Shown one piece after another: positions 17,243 through 26,258 of a DNA stretch of 32,000 nt; position 1 is the stretch's first letter; each line of letters starts with the position of its first letter. Both the position numbers and the translations under genes were made by a program. The stretch is from Candidatus Baldrarchaeum yapensis. Its GTDB lineage: Archaea > Asgardarchaeota > Baldrarchaeia > Baldrarchaeales > Baldrarchaeaceae. Location: assembly GCA_016840465.1 (NCBI GenBank), contig JAEOSH010000005.1:22225-54224 (forward strand), written 5' to 3'. The notes below the pieces were generated by a model. It saw only the letters and a program-made list of their open reading frames with translations. It was not told the DNA's origin and made no database searches.

Positions 17243-17530
17243 ATGAGTAGGGAGGTAATAGAGTGGTTATTTCGGATAATCGGCGTGCCCGAGAAAAGCG
17301 ATTTTGTCAAGGATTTTGTATTTAAGGAGTTGTCTAGAGTTTTTGGATTAAGAGGTTCTGAAAGTGATTGTACACCTCTGAGAATGATATTAGAGGATGC
17401 CCTAAAGGACGAAGAGCGAAGGAGGAAGATCGTGGAGTACGTAAGGGCACTCATACGTGAGGCGGAGGATCTGGAGTCCCTTTATCGAGAGAGTGAAAGA
17501 AAAACGGAAGAAATAGAAATATATGTTTGA
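17243..17530 (+). CDS. Hypothetical small helical, charged protein (95 aa)
   Basis: The ORF has a protein-like composition, and the antisense ORF 17209..17454 is low-complexity. ATG 17243 follows GGTGGGG. The track start at GTG 17231 is also possible. Confidence 0.45.
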   Translation: MSREVIEWLFRIIGVPEKSDFVKDFVFKELSRVFGLRGSESDCTPLRMILEDALKDEERRRKIVEYVRALIREAEDLESLYRESERKTEEIEIYV

Positions 17531-17536
17531 TTTCGA

Positions 17537-18091
17537 TCACGGGTGATAAGTTTCGTTGCTATTGGTTGTATACTCCGAATTTCCAACATAATATACTAAT
17601 TTTACCGATCTTATATCGTAAGTTCTGGAGAACTGTGATTTATTGGCTCTTGCTGCTATAACCCTCCCTAAGAGCATCACGTGGTCTCCTGTTTCGACTT
17701 CTTTTATGAGTTGGCACTCGAGGTGTGCAATGCATTCTTTAATTGAAGGAGCCTTTACCTTTAATGACGAGATGGGAGTTAGTCCTGCTTCTTTGAACTT
17801 ATCGATTTCTCTACCCGAGACAGATCCGCATAAGTCTACCTTTTGCAACAGGTCGATTGTTGGAACGTTTACCACAAACTCTCCGCTTTCTTTTATCAGC
17901 TGATATGTATACCTCTCTGGAGCTATGAAAATCGCAACGCAGGGCGGATTCCAGCTTGCAATGGAGATCCACGATACGGTCATCACGTTAATGTTTCCTT
18001 CTTTTCCGCGCGCTGTGACGAGCACTGTTAAGCGTGGATGAAGGAGTTTCCAAATATCATTCACGTGTACTTCAGCTTTTTCATCGTTCAT
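17537..18091 (-). CDS. Flavin reductase-like FMN-binding (flavoredoxin / split-barrel) protein
   Basis: LLHPRLTVLVTARGKEGNINVMTVSWISIASWNPPCVAIFIAPERYTYQLIKESGEFVVNVP matches the flavin reductase-like domain pattern. GGAGGAAG SD lies upstream. Confidence 0.7.
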   Translation of the reverse strand: MNDEKAEVHVNDIWKLLHPRLTVLVTARGKEGNINVMTVSWISIASWNPPCVAIFIAPERYTYQLIKESGEFVVNVPTIDLLQKVDLCGSVSGREIDKFKEAGLTPISSLKVKAPSIKECIAHLECQLIKEVETGDHVMLLGRVIAARANKSQFSRTYDIRSVKLVYYVGNSEYTTNSNETYHP

Positions 18092-18149
18092 AGTTTTGCT
18101 TCCTCCAATCTGTCCATCGTGTTGTCCGGTTTCACCGATACAGATAAAA

Positions 18150-19721
18150 TCATTTTAGAACTTTAAGCATGCCTTTACTCCTTAGTATGTGAACCCTCCA
18201 TGTTGGTGCCACATATCTCGGGTGACTTGCCTTAACTGTGTCAATCCTTCTCTTAGAGGTGTTTATCGGCCACTTCTTTGGCTCATCTGGGTTCTTATAC
18301 GCTATCTCCGCAATTTCCCTCATTCTTGCAGCGTACTTTTCAATATTTTCCTTTGTTTCGGTATCAGTAAACTCTATTTGTAATGCTTCACGAACTATTA
18401 GCGGAAAGTATATCGTTGGGGCGTAAAAGCCCGCATCCAGCAGACCCTTTGCAATATCCTCTGCGGTTACGTCTGTATCCTTAGCCATGGGCTCGGCGCT
18501 GATTGCCACCTCATGCTTGTAGTATCGATTAGGGCCGTAAGGCAAAGAGTAGCCCTTAACGCCCCTTATCAGTTTAAGGAAGTAGTTCGTGTTCAAAACG
18601 CTCAACTCGGTTACCTCTTTTAGGCCTTGAGGACCAAGAGCGAGTATATACGTGAATCCCCACAGTAATGGAGCCACGTTTCCGAAAAAGGATCTGAGCA
18701 TGCCTATGGAGTAAGAACCTGGGCGTTTCAAGTAATATCTTTTATTTTTGTCGTCGTATTCCACAATAAATCCCGGAAGAAGGTCTGAGAGTTTAATGCC
18801 CTTTTCGGGGTCAACTTCCCTATCCTTAACACAGATAGGCCCCGCACCAGGACCTCCGCCGCCATGAGGCGCGCTGAAGGTCTTATGAATGTTAATATGT
18901 GCGATGTCAAACCCCATATCTCCGGGCCTTGCATACCCCATGATCCCGTTCAGGTTTGCGCCATCATAATACAGTAATCCGTCGACCTCATGTACTATTT
19001 CGGCTATTTCAAGTATATGCTCCTCGAAGAGACCGAGCGTGCTGGGATTTGTTAGCATCAAGCCAGCTGTTTTTTCCGATACAGCCGCCTTTAGCGCTTC
19101 GATGTCAATATTTCCGTCAGGAGTTGACTTTATAGTCACTACTTTAAATCCTCCCATAACTGCGCTTGCGGGGTTTGTTCCATGCGCAGAATCGGGAATT
19201 ACTATTTCCTTTTTCTTATCAAGCTGATCCCTCAGTTCATGGTACTTTCTTATTATTAGAACTCCTGCCAATTCCCCATGTGCACCCGCCGCCGGATGAA
19301 GCGTACAAGCATCCATACCTACAATGTTTGCCAACCATTTTTGCAATAGATAAAGGGCTTCGAGCAGTCCTTGGACGGTCCTTTCATCCTGTAGCGGATG
19401 TAAATTGGATATTCTGCTATCATTTGCAATTTCAAATGCTATCTTTGGGTTATACTTCATAGTGCACGATCCCAGTGGTATTGGTCCGTTATCAACTCCA
19501 TATGCCATTTGGGAGAGGTTTATGAAGTGCCTTACGACCTCTACCTCTGAGACTTCCGGTAAGGCCGGATCCTCGGATCTCCTTATTTTATCAGGAATCC
19601 TTATTTCTCCAACTTCTCTCTTGATTTCCTCCTCAACATCGGGTACGAGGAACCCTATCCTCCCAGGGGCCCCTAATTCATATATTATCGGTTCATCCCA
19701 TTTCGCTTGCCGAAAAGTCAC
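18150..19721 (-). CDS. gcvPB: Glycine dehydrogenase (decarboxylating) subunit 2 (P-protein beta)
   Basis: The PLP-lysine motif HINIHKTFSAPHGGGGPG is present. The size and the position directly after gcvPA also fit. Confidence 0.92.
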   Translation of the reverse strand: MTFRQAKWDEPIIYELGAPGRIGFLVPDVEEEIKREVGEIRIPDKIRRSEDPALPEVSEVEVVRHFINLSQMAYGVDNGPIPLGSCTMKYNPKIAFEIANDSRISNLHPLQDERTVQGLLEALYLLQKWLANIVGMDACTLHPAAGAHGELAGVLIIRKYHELRDQLDKKKEIVIPDSAHGTNPASAVMGGFKVVTIKSTPDGNIDIEALKAAVSEKTAGLMLTNPSTLGLFEEHILEIAEIVHEVDGLLYYDGANLNGIMGYARPGDMGFDIAHINIHKTFSAPHGGGGPGAGPICVKDREVDPEKGIKLSDLLPGFIVEYDDKNKRYYLKRPGSYSIGMLRSFFGNVAPLLWGFTYILALGPQGLKEVTELSVLNTNYFLKLIRGVKGYSLPYGPNRYYKHEVAISAEPMAKDTDVTAEDIAKGLLDAGFYAPTIYFPLIVREALQIEFTDTETKENIEKYAARMREIAEIAYKNPDEPKKWPINTSKRRIDTVKASHPRYVAPTWRVHILRSKGMLKVLK

Positions 19722-19737
19722 GTATATGCCCTCCTTT

Positions 19738-21165
19738 TCATTTTGATTTCAAAATTTCATTAATGGAGGAAACCAGAAGGTCTATGTCCTCCTTACTATG
19801 TAATTCCGTTACACAAAATAGTGCCACTTCTCCGAGTTCCGGGAACCATTCTTTAATGTATAATCCGCCATGTATATTTCTTTCCAGCAGTTTTTCGTGT
19901 ACTTCCGGGTACTTAACACCTGCACTGCTGAAATCCACGGTAAATTCTTTGAAGATTTCACTTTTGAATACCGGAGCCTTAATGCCCTCGATTTCATTTA
20001 GCTTCTTGGCAGCATAATGCGATCGATACATTATCAGTCGTCCTAGTTTTTTGAAGCCATGCTTACCCAAGAGTGCCATGTACACTGCAGCACCCAGAGC
20101 ACAAAGCATCTCATTTGTGCAGATGTTTGATGTTGCTTTTTCCCTCCTTATATGTTGTTCTCTTGTTTGAAGAATCATTGCAAATCCTCTCTCTTTTCCA
20201 TCTACTGTTGTTGTGAGTCCTATTATTCTGCCTGGCATTTGTCTAACGAGCCTGAGATCCCATCTAGTGGCGAAAATTCCCAGATATGGTCCTCCAAAGT
20301 TTAGACCTAAGCCCAAGGGTTGACCCTCTCCCACTGCTATGTCGGCGCCCAACTTTCCTGGTGCTTCGAGTACCCCTAAACTTATCGGATCGACCCCCAT
20401 TATGAATAAAGCGTCGTATTCGTGGGAAATTTCCCCAATTGCCTTCGCATTTTCCTCAATGAAACCGAGGAACGAGGGATTCTCTATATATACTGCCGCG
20501 ACATCCCTTTTTGAGAGCTTTTCTTGGAGATCTTCAAGATCCATGAGGCCTGTTTCCTTATCATATTTTACTTCCTCGACCTTGATATCTTTTGGCAAAG
20601 TGTACGTTTTTACCACAGATTTATGAAAGGGGTTCATTGTTGATGGTACTAGTATCTTATTTTTCCCCTTCTGGACTCTAACCGACATAAGGAATGCTTC
20701 GGCGACAGCAGAGGCCCAATCGTACATAGAGGAATTTACTACTTCCATCTCTAATAGATCTGCAATCATGCTCTGATATTCGAAGAGCGCTTGCATCAAC
20801 CCCTGCGACATTTCGGGTTGATATGGAGTGTATGCCGTATAGAACTCTGCGCGCGACATTATGTATTTTACTACCGTGGGAACATAATGGGGCCATGCTC
20901 CGCCTCCCAAGAACGGTGGTGGACTTGTAAATACCTTATTTTTGCTCAGTAATTTCTCTACGTATCGCCTAACTTCAATTTCGGAAAGAGGTCTCTTAAG
21001 TCCTATCTCAAGGGAATTCCAGTCGCCTCTGAACCTCGCACTTTCAGGAATGTCTGAGAAGAGTTCCTCGATGTTCTTGATACCGATCGCCTTTAAGATC
21101 TCCCTCTTTATCTCTTTCGGAGAATTAGGTAACCAAGGGTGTGTGACCAAAAATATCGACCCCAC
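19738..21165 (-). CDS. gcvPA: Glycine dehydrogenase (decarboxylating) subunit 1 (P-protein alpha)
   Basis: The N-terminal HPWLPNS..., the YTPYQPEMSQG motif and NICTNE are typical of GcvPA. The start is GTG 21165 or the TTG 15 nt downstream. Confidence 0.9.
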   Translation of the reverse strand: MGSIFLVTHPWLPNSPKEIKREILKAIGIKNIEELFSDIPESARFRGDWNSLEIGLKRPLSEIEVRRYVEKLLSKNKVFTSPPPFLGGGAWPHYVPTVVKYIMSRAEFYTAYTPYQPEMSQGLMQALFEYQSMIADLLEMEVVNSSMYDWASAVAEAFLMSVRVQKGKNKILVPSTMNPFHKSVVKTYTLPKDIKVEEVKYDKETGLMDLEDLQEKLSKRDVAAVYIENPSFLGFIEENAKAIGEISHEYDALFIMGVDPISLGVLEAPGKLGADIAVGEGQPLGLGLNFGGPYLGIFATRWDLRLVRQMPGRIIGLTTTVDGKERGFAMILQTREQHIRREKATSNICTNEMLCALGAAVYMALLGKHGFKKLGRLIMYRSHYAAKKLNEIEGIKAPVFKSEIFKEFTVDFSSAGVKYPEVHEKLLERNIHGGLYIKEWFPELGEVALFCVTELHSKEDIDLLVSSINEILKSK

Positions 21166-21312
21166 TTGATATTTTCTGCATTTTCTTTATTTAAAGAGTT
21201 CATTTCGGCGATTCGGGCAATATATGTTTTTATTCCGGACAAAATGATAAGATGTTTCGCCTATCTATTAATTGAGCACCATGAATGTACGAAATTTGGA
21301 GGTCGATGTTCG

Positions 21313-22464
21313 ATGTTCGCGAAAAGTACGAAAGGTGTGAATAGAATCCCGCTATGGGAGTTCCATGTCAGAGAGTTAGGTGCGGATATGGGAGAGTTTG
21401 CCGGATGGGAAGTTCCAATGATGTATACAGGTGCGTTGCAAGAACATATGATTGTAAGAACTGACGCGGGAGTATTCGATGTTTCTCATATGGGGAGAAT
21501 CAGAGTATCGGGGCCCGATGCCGAACCCTTTCTCCAACGTATTTTCACGAAAAATATTGCGAAAACAAAAGAATATCATTTGAGCGGCCCCACCTTGGTA
21601 CTTAATGCATATGCTCGCGTTAAGGACGACGAGATGCCGTATAAAGTTTCTGATGAAGAGTGGCTGGTAGTCGTTAATGCTCTCTACAGGGACAAGATGC
21701 TGAAGTACTATGAAAATGTAATAAAGACGCATAATTTCGATGTGAGAGTGGAAGATCTCACGTCTAAGTATGCAATGATCGCAATTCAGGGACCTAGATC
21801 CGCGGAAATTTTAGAGAAAATATGTGGTGATTGGATTCATGATCTTCGTGCATTACAGTTTAGAATTGGCGAATCGGTTAGTGAACATGATGCATTTTTG
21901 ATCAGCAGGAGTGGTTGGACAGGAGAGGATGGCTTTGAGATATGGGCAGAGCCTAAAAACATGGTAGACATTTATCGAGCGTTATTAAAGGCGGGGGTTA
22001 AGCCTGTGGGGATCATATGCAGGGACATGCTTAGGATAGAGATGGGATACGTACTAGGCGAACACGAATACGGAGAAGATCCGTTAAGATTCCCACCGGC
22101 GAATTCCTTGAGATACGGACTTGGTGCAATTGACTGGAACAAGCGTGGATTCGTGGGAGAAGAGGCATTAAGAGCGTATAGACGCGAGGGAGTTAGATGG
22201 GTTAGAGTGGGCATTAAAATGAGGAGAAAACATGCGAGAGCAGTTATAAGGCAAGGATACAAACTCTACGTTGAGGATCAGGTCATCGGATGGATGACGA
22301 GCGGCACATATTCGCCTTATCTGAAAACTGCTATTGGTCAAGCGTATGTCGATGTGAGATATGCCATTTTTGGCGATATCGTCGAGGTTGAAATACGCGG
22401 AAAGAGATATGAAGGTAAAATAGTAGAATTTCCACTTGTACGCGGGAGGCCCGTGGTTAGGTGA
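21313..22464 (+). CDS. gcvT: Aminomethyltransferase (glycine cleavage T-protein)
   Basis: The GcvT pattern is present: AGVFDVSHMGRIRVSGPDA, IAIQGP and SRSGWTGEDGFEIW. The start is set at ATG 21313, which follows GGAGGT. The 58 extra N-terminal codons of the track ORF (from 21139) overlap gcvPA and the promoter region. Confidence 0.9.
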   Translation: MFAKSTKGVNRIPLWEFHVRELGADMGEFAGWEVPMMYTGALQEHMIVRTDAGVFDVSHMGRIRVSGPDAEPFLQRIFTKNIAKTKEYHLSGPTLVLNAYARVKDDEMPYKVSDEEWLVVVNALYRDKMLKYYENVIKTHNFDVRVEDLTSKYAMIAIQGPRSAEILEKICGDWIHDLRALQFRIGESVSEHDAFLISRSGWTGEDGFEIWAEPKNMVDIYRALLKAGVKPVGIICRDMLRIEMGYVLGEHEYGEDPLRFPPANSLRYGLGAIDWNKRGFVGEEALRAYRREGVRWVRVGIKMRRKHARAVIRQGYKLYVEDQVIGWMTSGTYSPYLKTAIGQAYVDVRYAIFGDIVEVEIRGKRYEGKIVEFPLVRGRPVVR

Positions 22465-22500
22465 CCCTACTTCTAATACAAACTTCCGTGGTGTTCTCAA

Positions 22501-22926
22501 ATGAGCGAGGTGGAGTTCGAAGTAGAGGGAAAGAAGTATGTTGTGAGGACTGATTTGAGGTACACAGAGACTGAGGAATGGGCAAAGAAGGAGGAGGATA
22601 ATAGAGTTAGGGAAGGAATAACAGATTATGCGCAAAAGGAGTTAAGAGATATTGTGGGCATAGAACTGCCGGAAGTGGGCACTGAAGTGAAGAAGGGAGA
22701 TTCTATAGGGTCGATAGAGTCAGTAAAGGCGGTATCCGATCTCTATGCGGCCGTTTCTGGAAGGATTGTCGAGGTTAATGAAAGGCTACTGGAGGAGCCC
22801 GAGCTTTTAAACAAGGATCCTTATGGTGATGGATGGATCGTTATCATCGAAATGTCTGATCCCAACGAGTACGAGCAACTTCTAACACCGGAGGCATATA
22901 TCGAAAAGCATAAGGAGTCAAAGTAA
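22501..22926 (+). CDS. gcvH: Glycine cleavage H-protein (lipoyl carrier)
   Basis: The lipoyl-lysine motif GSIESVKAVSDLYAAVSG is present. The size and the position after gcvT also fit. Confidence 0.92.
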   Translation: MSEVEFEVEGKKYVVRTDLRYTETEEWAKKEEDNRVREGITDYAQKELRDIVGIELPEVGTEVKKGDSIGSIESVKAVSDLYAAVSGRIVEVNERLLEEPELLNKDPYGDGWIVIIEMSDPNEYEQLLTPEAYIEKHKESK

Positions 22927-22950
22927 CCGCCCTGCTAATTTTATTTTTAT

Positions 22951-24066
22951 TTAAACGACCTTCATGATTAAATCTTCATGATAGTCCACAATGACTTTAG
23001 TGTAGCCTCTGAGCATTTCATCTACTTGGGGATCCCCGGTGTCGACTCTTAAGACATCAAGATTTTTTATCTTTGATTTCGTCGCAACGACCACTATGTT
23101 TTCTTTTCCGACCTTTTTTATCACATCAGGGGAAATTTGCTGATTACCCCTGCCGAAAATAAATCCCTGTCCTCCAATGGGTGTGACTATTATTTTTACT
23201 TTTTGGAATTTCTCCAATAGACGGAGTATTCCCTTTTCATCTAGGTCCTCTCCAACAACCTTTCCGTTAAAAATTGCATCGACCCCCAGTAATGTTTTTT
23301 TGATTCCTAACTCGTCTGCAATCGCCTTAATAGTCGTTCCAGCACCTAGAATGTATAAGGTGTCTGGCTCCATTTCTTCAACTATCCTCTTCGCAATGGC
23401 CTTCTTGTTCTCCTCTTCTTCATAAGATTCCGCACTTGGTTCCTTACTTGCCTGCATAAGTCCGGCAAGTACTGGTATTCTGAGGTAACCATAAAGCCTC
23501 ACTTTGAGCTCGTTCCTACGATAAGCATCCTCGTCTATATCGAGAACCTCAGCAAATGTTTCGTTAGTTCTTCCCTCTGCAAATGCCTTCACGACTCTAG
23601 CAGCCGCTCTTGGAGATACCGCAAAAACTGCGCTATACATTTTAACTCCCGAGGGTACCCCCAGCGCCAATTGCTTTTGGTTTACAGCATCCACAATATC
23701 TCGTGCGGTGCCATCGCCTCCGACAAAGACCAAAAGATCCACGCCCAATTTCATCATTTCTCTTGAAATTCTCTTTGTGTCATCGGCTGTTGTCATTTTT
23801 GACTCTAAAGAACCGACAATTTCCACGAGATCTTCCTTATGATGCGTTTTCATAACGATATCTTCACCCATGGGTCCTGGCGCTGCATATAAATTTACAC
23901 GCAGGTTTAACGAGTTTAGGAATTCCAGTGCTCTTGCTGGGGCCACGGGCTTTGCTCCCTTTTTGATAGCAATGCGATACATGTCGCCATCAGTTCCTTT
24001 TAACCCGACTCTTCCTCCCATTCCGGCGATAGGATTTATTAGAAATCCGAGGTTTATTTTTCTCAT
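22951..24066 (-). CDS. ATP-NAD kinase-fold protein (COG3199/AcoX-like, GGDGT motif)
   Basis: LVFVGGDGTARDI is the NAD-kinase/DAG-kinase GGDGT signature. The roughly 370-aa two-domain size fits the uncharacterised COG3199 group rather than canonical NadK. Confidence 0.55.
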   Translation of the reverse strand: MRKINLGFLINPIAGMGGRVGLKGTDGDMYRIAIKKGAKPVAPARALEFLNSLNLRVNLYAAPGPMGEDIVMKTHHKEDLVEIVGSLESKMTTADDTKRISREMMKLGVDLLVFVGGDGTARDIVDAVNQKQLALGVPSGVKMYSAVFAVSPRAAARVVKAFAEGRTNETFAEVLDIDEDAYRRNELKVRLYGYLRIPVLAGLMQASKEPSAESYEEEENKKAIAKRIVEEMEPDTLYILGAGTTIKAIADELGIKKTLLGVDAIFNGKVVGEDLDEKGILRLLEKFQKVKIIVTPIGGQGFIFGRGNQQISPDVIKKVGKENIVVVATKSKIKNLDVLRVDTGDPQVDEMLRGYTKVIVDYHEDLIMKVV

Positions 24067-24229
24067 TTTTTACACCATTGGTTCCGAACTTTTGAGGTTA
24101 TCAGTGATTTTGGCATGAGCGAAGGCACTTCACTCCATGTATCGGGTTACATTTGTTTGCGTGAGTGTAAAAAGTAATCTTAAATTGACATTGGGTACGT
24201 GCATAATGTGCTGGTGGGAGGTGATAGCT

Positions 24230-24910
24230 ATGAAAATCATAGCGCTAACGGACATTCATGGTCATATTGATCCTATCAAGAGAATCTTAAAAGAAATTAA
24301 GAAGCATATGCCCGATTTGGTGCTTATTTGTGGCGATTTGACACATTTTGGCCCGCTGAACGTTGCTCGAAAAGTCTTAAGCATGTTTACGAAAGAGGGC
24401 TGGAGAACATTATTTGTTCCTGGAAACTGCGATCCTAGAGAGTTGCTATTGCTAAAAGAGGTCGAGGGAGCGATAAATATTCATGGCACTTTCTATGATA
24501 TTGAAGAGTTCTCAGTGATAGGTTTTGGGGGAGGAACTTTCTTTCGTGGAATGACGCCTATAGAGTTCGGCGAGGATGAGTTCGAATCCGGACTTAAGCC
24601 GAATTTCGACAACGCAAAAGAGAGAAATCGCGAAATCATACTATGCACGCATGCTCCGCCACGTAACACGAGAATAGACTACACCCTCTCGGGCACGCAT
24701 GCTGGTAGTGATATCATAAGAAGGCTTGTTCTCGAATATGAGCCTCTAATAGCTTTCCACGGACATATACACGAGGCGCGGGGGGTTGATGTTATCGGCA
24801 AGACTCCATGCATAAATATGGGTCCGGCGTACAGGGGCTACTTTGCAGTGGCTGACGTGAAGAGAGGGGCCGTCGATTATGAGCTTATAGAACTCGGAAA
24901 AACGGGTTGA
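24230..24910 (+). CDS. Calcineurin-like metallophosphoesterase
   Basis: The signature motifs occur in order: LTDIHG, GDLTHFG, GNCD, HAPP and GHIHE. The start is set at ATG 24230, which follows GGGAGGTGA. The track ORF opens at 24137. Confidence 0.85.
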   Translation: MKIIALTDIHGHIDPIKRILKEIKKHMPDLVLICGDLTHFGPLNVARKVLSMFTKEGWRTLFVPGNCDPRELLLLKEVEGAINIHGTFYDIEEFSVIGFGGGTFFRGMTPIEFGEDEFESGLKPNFDNAKERNREIILCTHAPPRNTRIDYTLSGTHAGSDIIRRLVLEYEPLIAFHGHIHEARGVDVIGKTPCINMGPAYRGYFAVADVKRGAVDYELIELGKTG

Positions 24911-24939
24911 GTCTCCTATGCCTTATTGATTCCTTCACT

Positions 24940-24958
24940 AATTATCGAACCGATAATT
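24940..24958. promoter_or_regulatory. Candidate operator: a perfect 8-bp inverted repeat AATTATCG-AAC-CGATAATT abutting a TATA-like TTTAAAAT
   Basis: Read directly from the sequence. It lies about 55-75 nt upstream of ATG 25013 and is immediately followed by TTTTAAAAT (24957-24965). Confidence 0.4.
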
Positions 24959-25012
24959 TTAAAATGGTAGTGCTTGATGGCTTGATAACCTTTTAGAGGG
25001 TAGGGATGATTT

Positions 25013-25576
25013 ATGGAAAAGCTAACATCAAAGAGTATCGCAATGGTTGGTGTAATGGCCGCACTAAGCAACGTATTGAGTTTTATATATGTGCCACTTG
25101 CCCCAGGGGTCAACTTATACTTCCTAGTGCAAGTTCCGTACTTCATAGCGGCAATGACTCTTGGACCCCTTGCAGGCGCGTTGGCGGGACTTCTCGGAAC
25201 GCTGACGATGGCATATACCGTTTATATTAGTAAGGGGATAGGTGGAGTCTTCATACCTGTTGGTAATGCGATTCTTGCGGGTGTAACCGGGTTTATCGCA
25301 GAAAAAGTAAAGATTTTTGATAGATTGGAGAGAGGAGAGTTCTTTTGGCCAGTTGCATGTGCGGCAGTTGGGGAGTTTGCGGAGGCGCCATACATCTTTG
25401 TGACGTTGCTTGTGACATTTGTGTTCATGGTGGGGATGGAACTCGGTGTTGCAATGAACATAATTTTCATAATTATGGGTAAAGCTATGATCGAGGTTTT
25501 GCTGTCCTCCTTCATAGTTGCGGTTTTGCTCGGGAATCCCAGCGTCAGGACCATGCTTCAAGCCTTCAGAAGATGA
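25013..25576 (+). CDS. ECF-transporter S-component-like membrane protein (substrate unknown)
   Basis: It is a 187-aa protein with about 5-6 TM segments. The N-terminal TSKSIAMVGVMAALSNVLSFI...PLAGALAGLLG resembles the pattern of ECF substrate-capture components. No ECF A or T genes are adjacent. Confidence 0.5.
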   Translation: MEKLTSKSIAMVGVMAALSNVLSFIYVPLAPGVNLYFLVQVPYFIAAMTLGPLAGALAGLLGTLTMAYTVYISKGIGGVFIPVGNAILAGVTGFIAEKVKIFDRLERGEFFWPVACAAVGEFAEAPYIFVTLLVTFVFMVGMELGVAMNIIFIIMGKAMIEVLLSSFIVAVLLGNPSVRTMLQAFRR

Positions 25577-25605
25577 CATGAGTCGTTTTATGAACCTTTC
25601 ACATC

Positions 25606-26061
25606 TTAGGATACTTGGAGTTCCATAACGATGTATTTTTCCTTAAACCCAAATTTTAGATATACATCATGTATCAGCACGCCTCGCCGCGAATTTGCAA
25701 CAATTCTTTTTACTCCTCTACTCTTTAGGTGATTTATTGCACTTTCTATTAGGCGTTCCTCTACACCTTTTCCTCTCCACTCCTTAGTGACTATGACGTT
25801 GCTTATATGGCCAATTGGCTCCCCTCCACGCTCGTATATGACCCGAGTGAATGCCGTTCCAATGACCTTCCCACCAACTTCCGCTACAAATAATCCTTTC
25901 GGGTCTTCTTTGAGGCGGGCCATCAAGCCGAGTTTGAAGACTTCTTCGTTAAACTTCGTTGATGCTATTTCACAGAGTTCTAGCATTAGTTTTTTTACGG
26001 CTTCATAATCCTTTTCCTCGTAATTTCTGATTACAATTTCGTGCGACAATTCCCTCACCAT
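25606..26061 (-). CDS. GNAT-family N-acetyltransferase
   Basis: Motif A is present: VIVTKEWRGKGVEERLIESAINHLKSRG. The size of 151 aa is typical. Confidence 0.8.
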   Translation of the reverse strand: MVRELSHEIVIRNYEEKDYEAVKKLMLELCEIASTKFNEEVFKLGLMARLKEDPKGLFVAEVGGKVIGTAFTRVIYERGGEPIGHISNVIVTKEWRGKGVEERLIESAINHLKSRGVKRIVANSRRGVLIHDVYLKFGFKEKYIVMELQVS

Positions 26062-26258
26062 GTTTAATTACGCGACTGCGGATTTAACGTTAGCACTTAG
26101 GATATAATGTTCTTATAATTGTTAATCCATCTATTCATCATATTTTAAGAGTTTGTTCCTCTTAATTGGAAAATTATCCGGCAAATTCTCCTTTTAATTA
26201 GTGTGAGTCAGTATTTTCATTAAGTTGTTTGAGAAAAAGCGAGATTCTTAGTAAATAC

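Noticed and set aside
21139-21312. The 58-codon N-terminal extension of gcvT, and similarly the extensions at 24137-24229 (phosphoesterase), 6563-6589 (AOR) and 3883-3939 (GTPase)
   Set aside because: These extensions overlap the divergent gene or promoter region and lack family-like sequence. In each case an internal ATG with a strong GGAGG-type SD begins exactly where family homology starts.
24578-24591. A tRNA T-arm-like GAGTTCGAATCCGG
   Set aside because: It lies inside the metallophosphoesterase CDS. The flanks do not form a T-stem, and there is no acceptor, D or anticodon arm.
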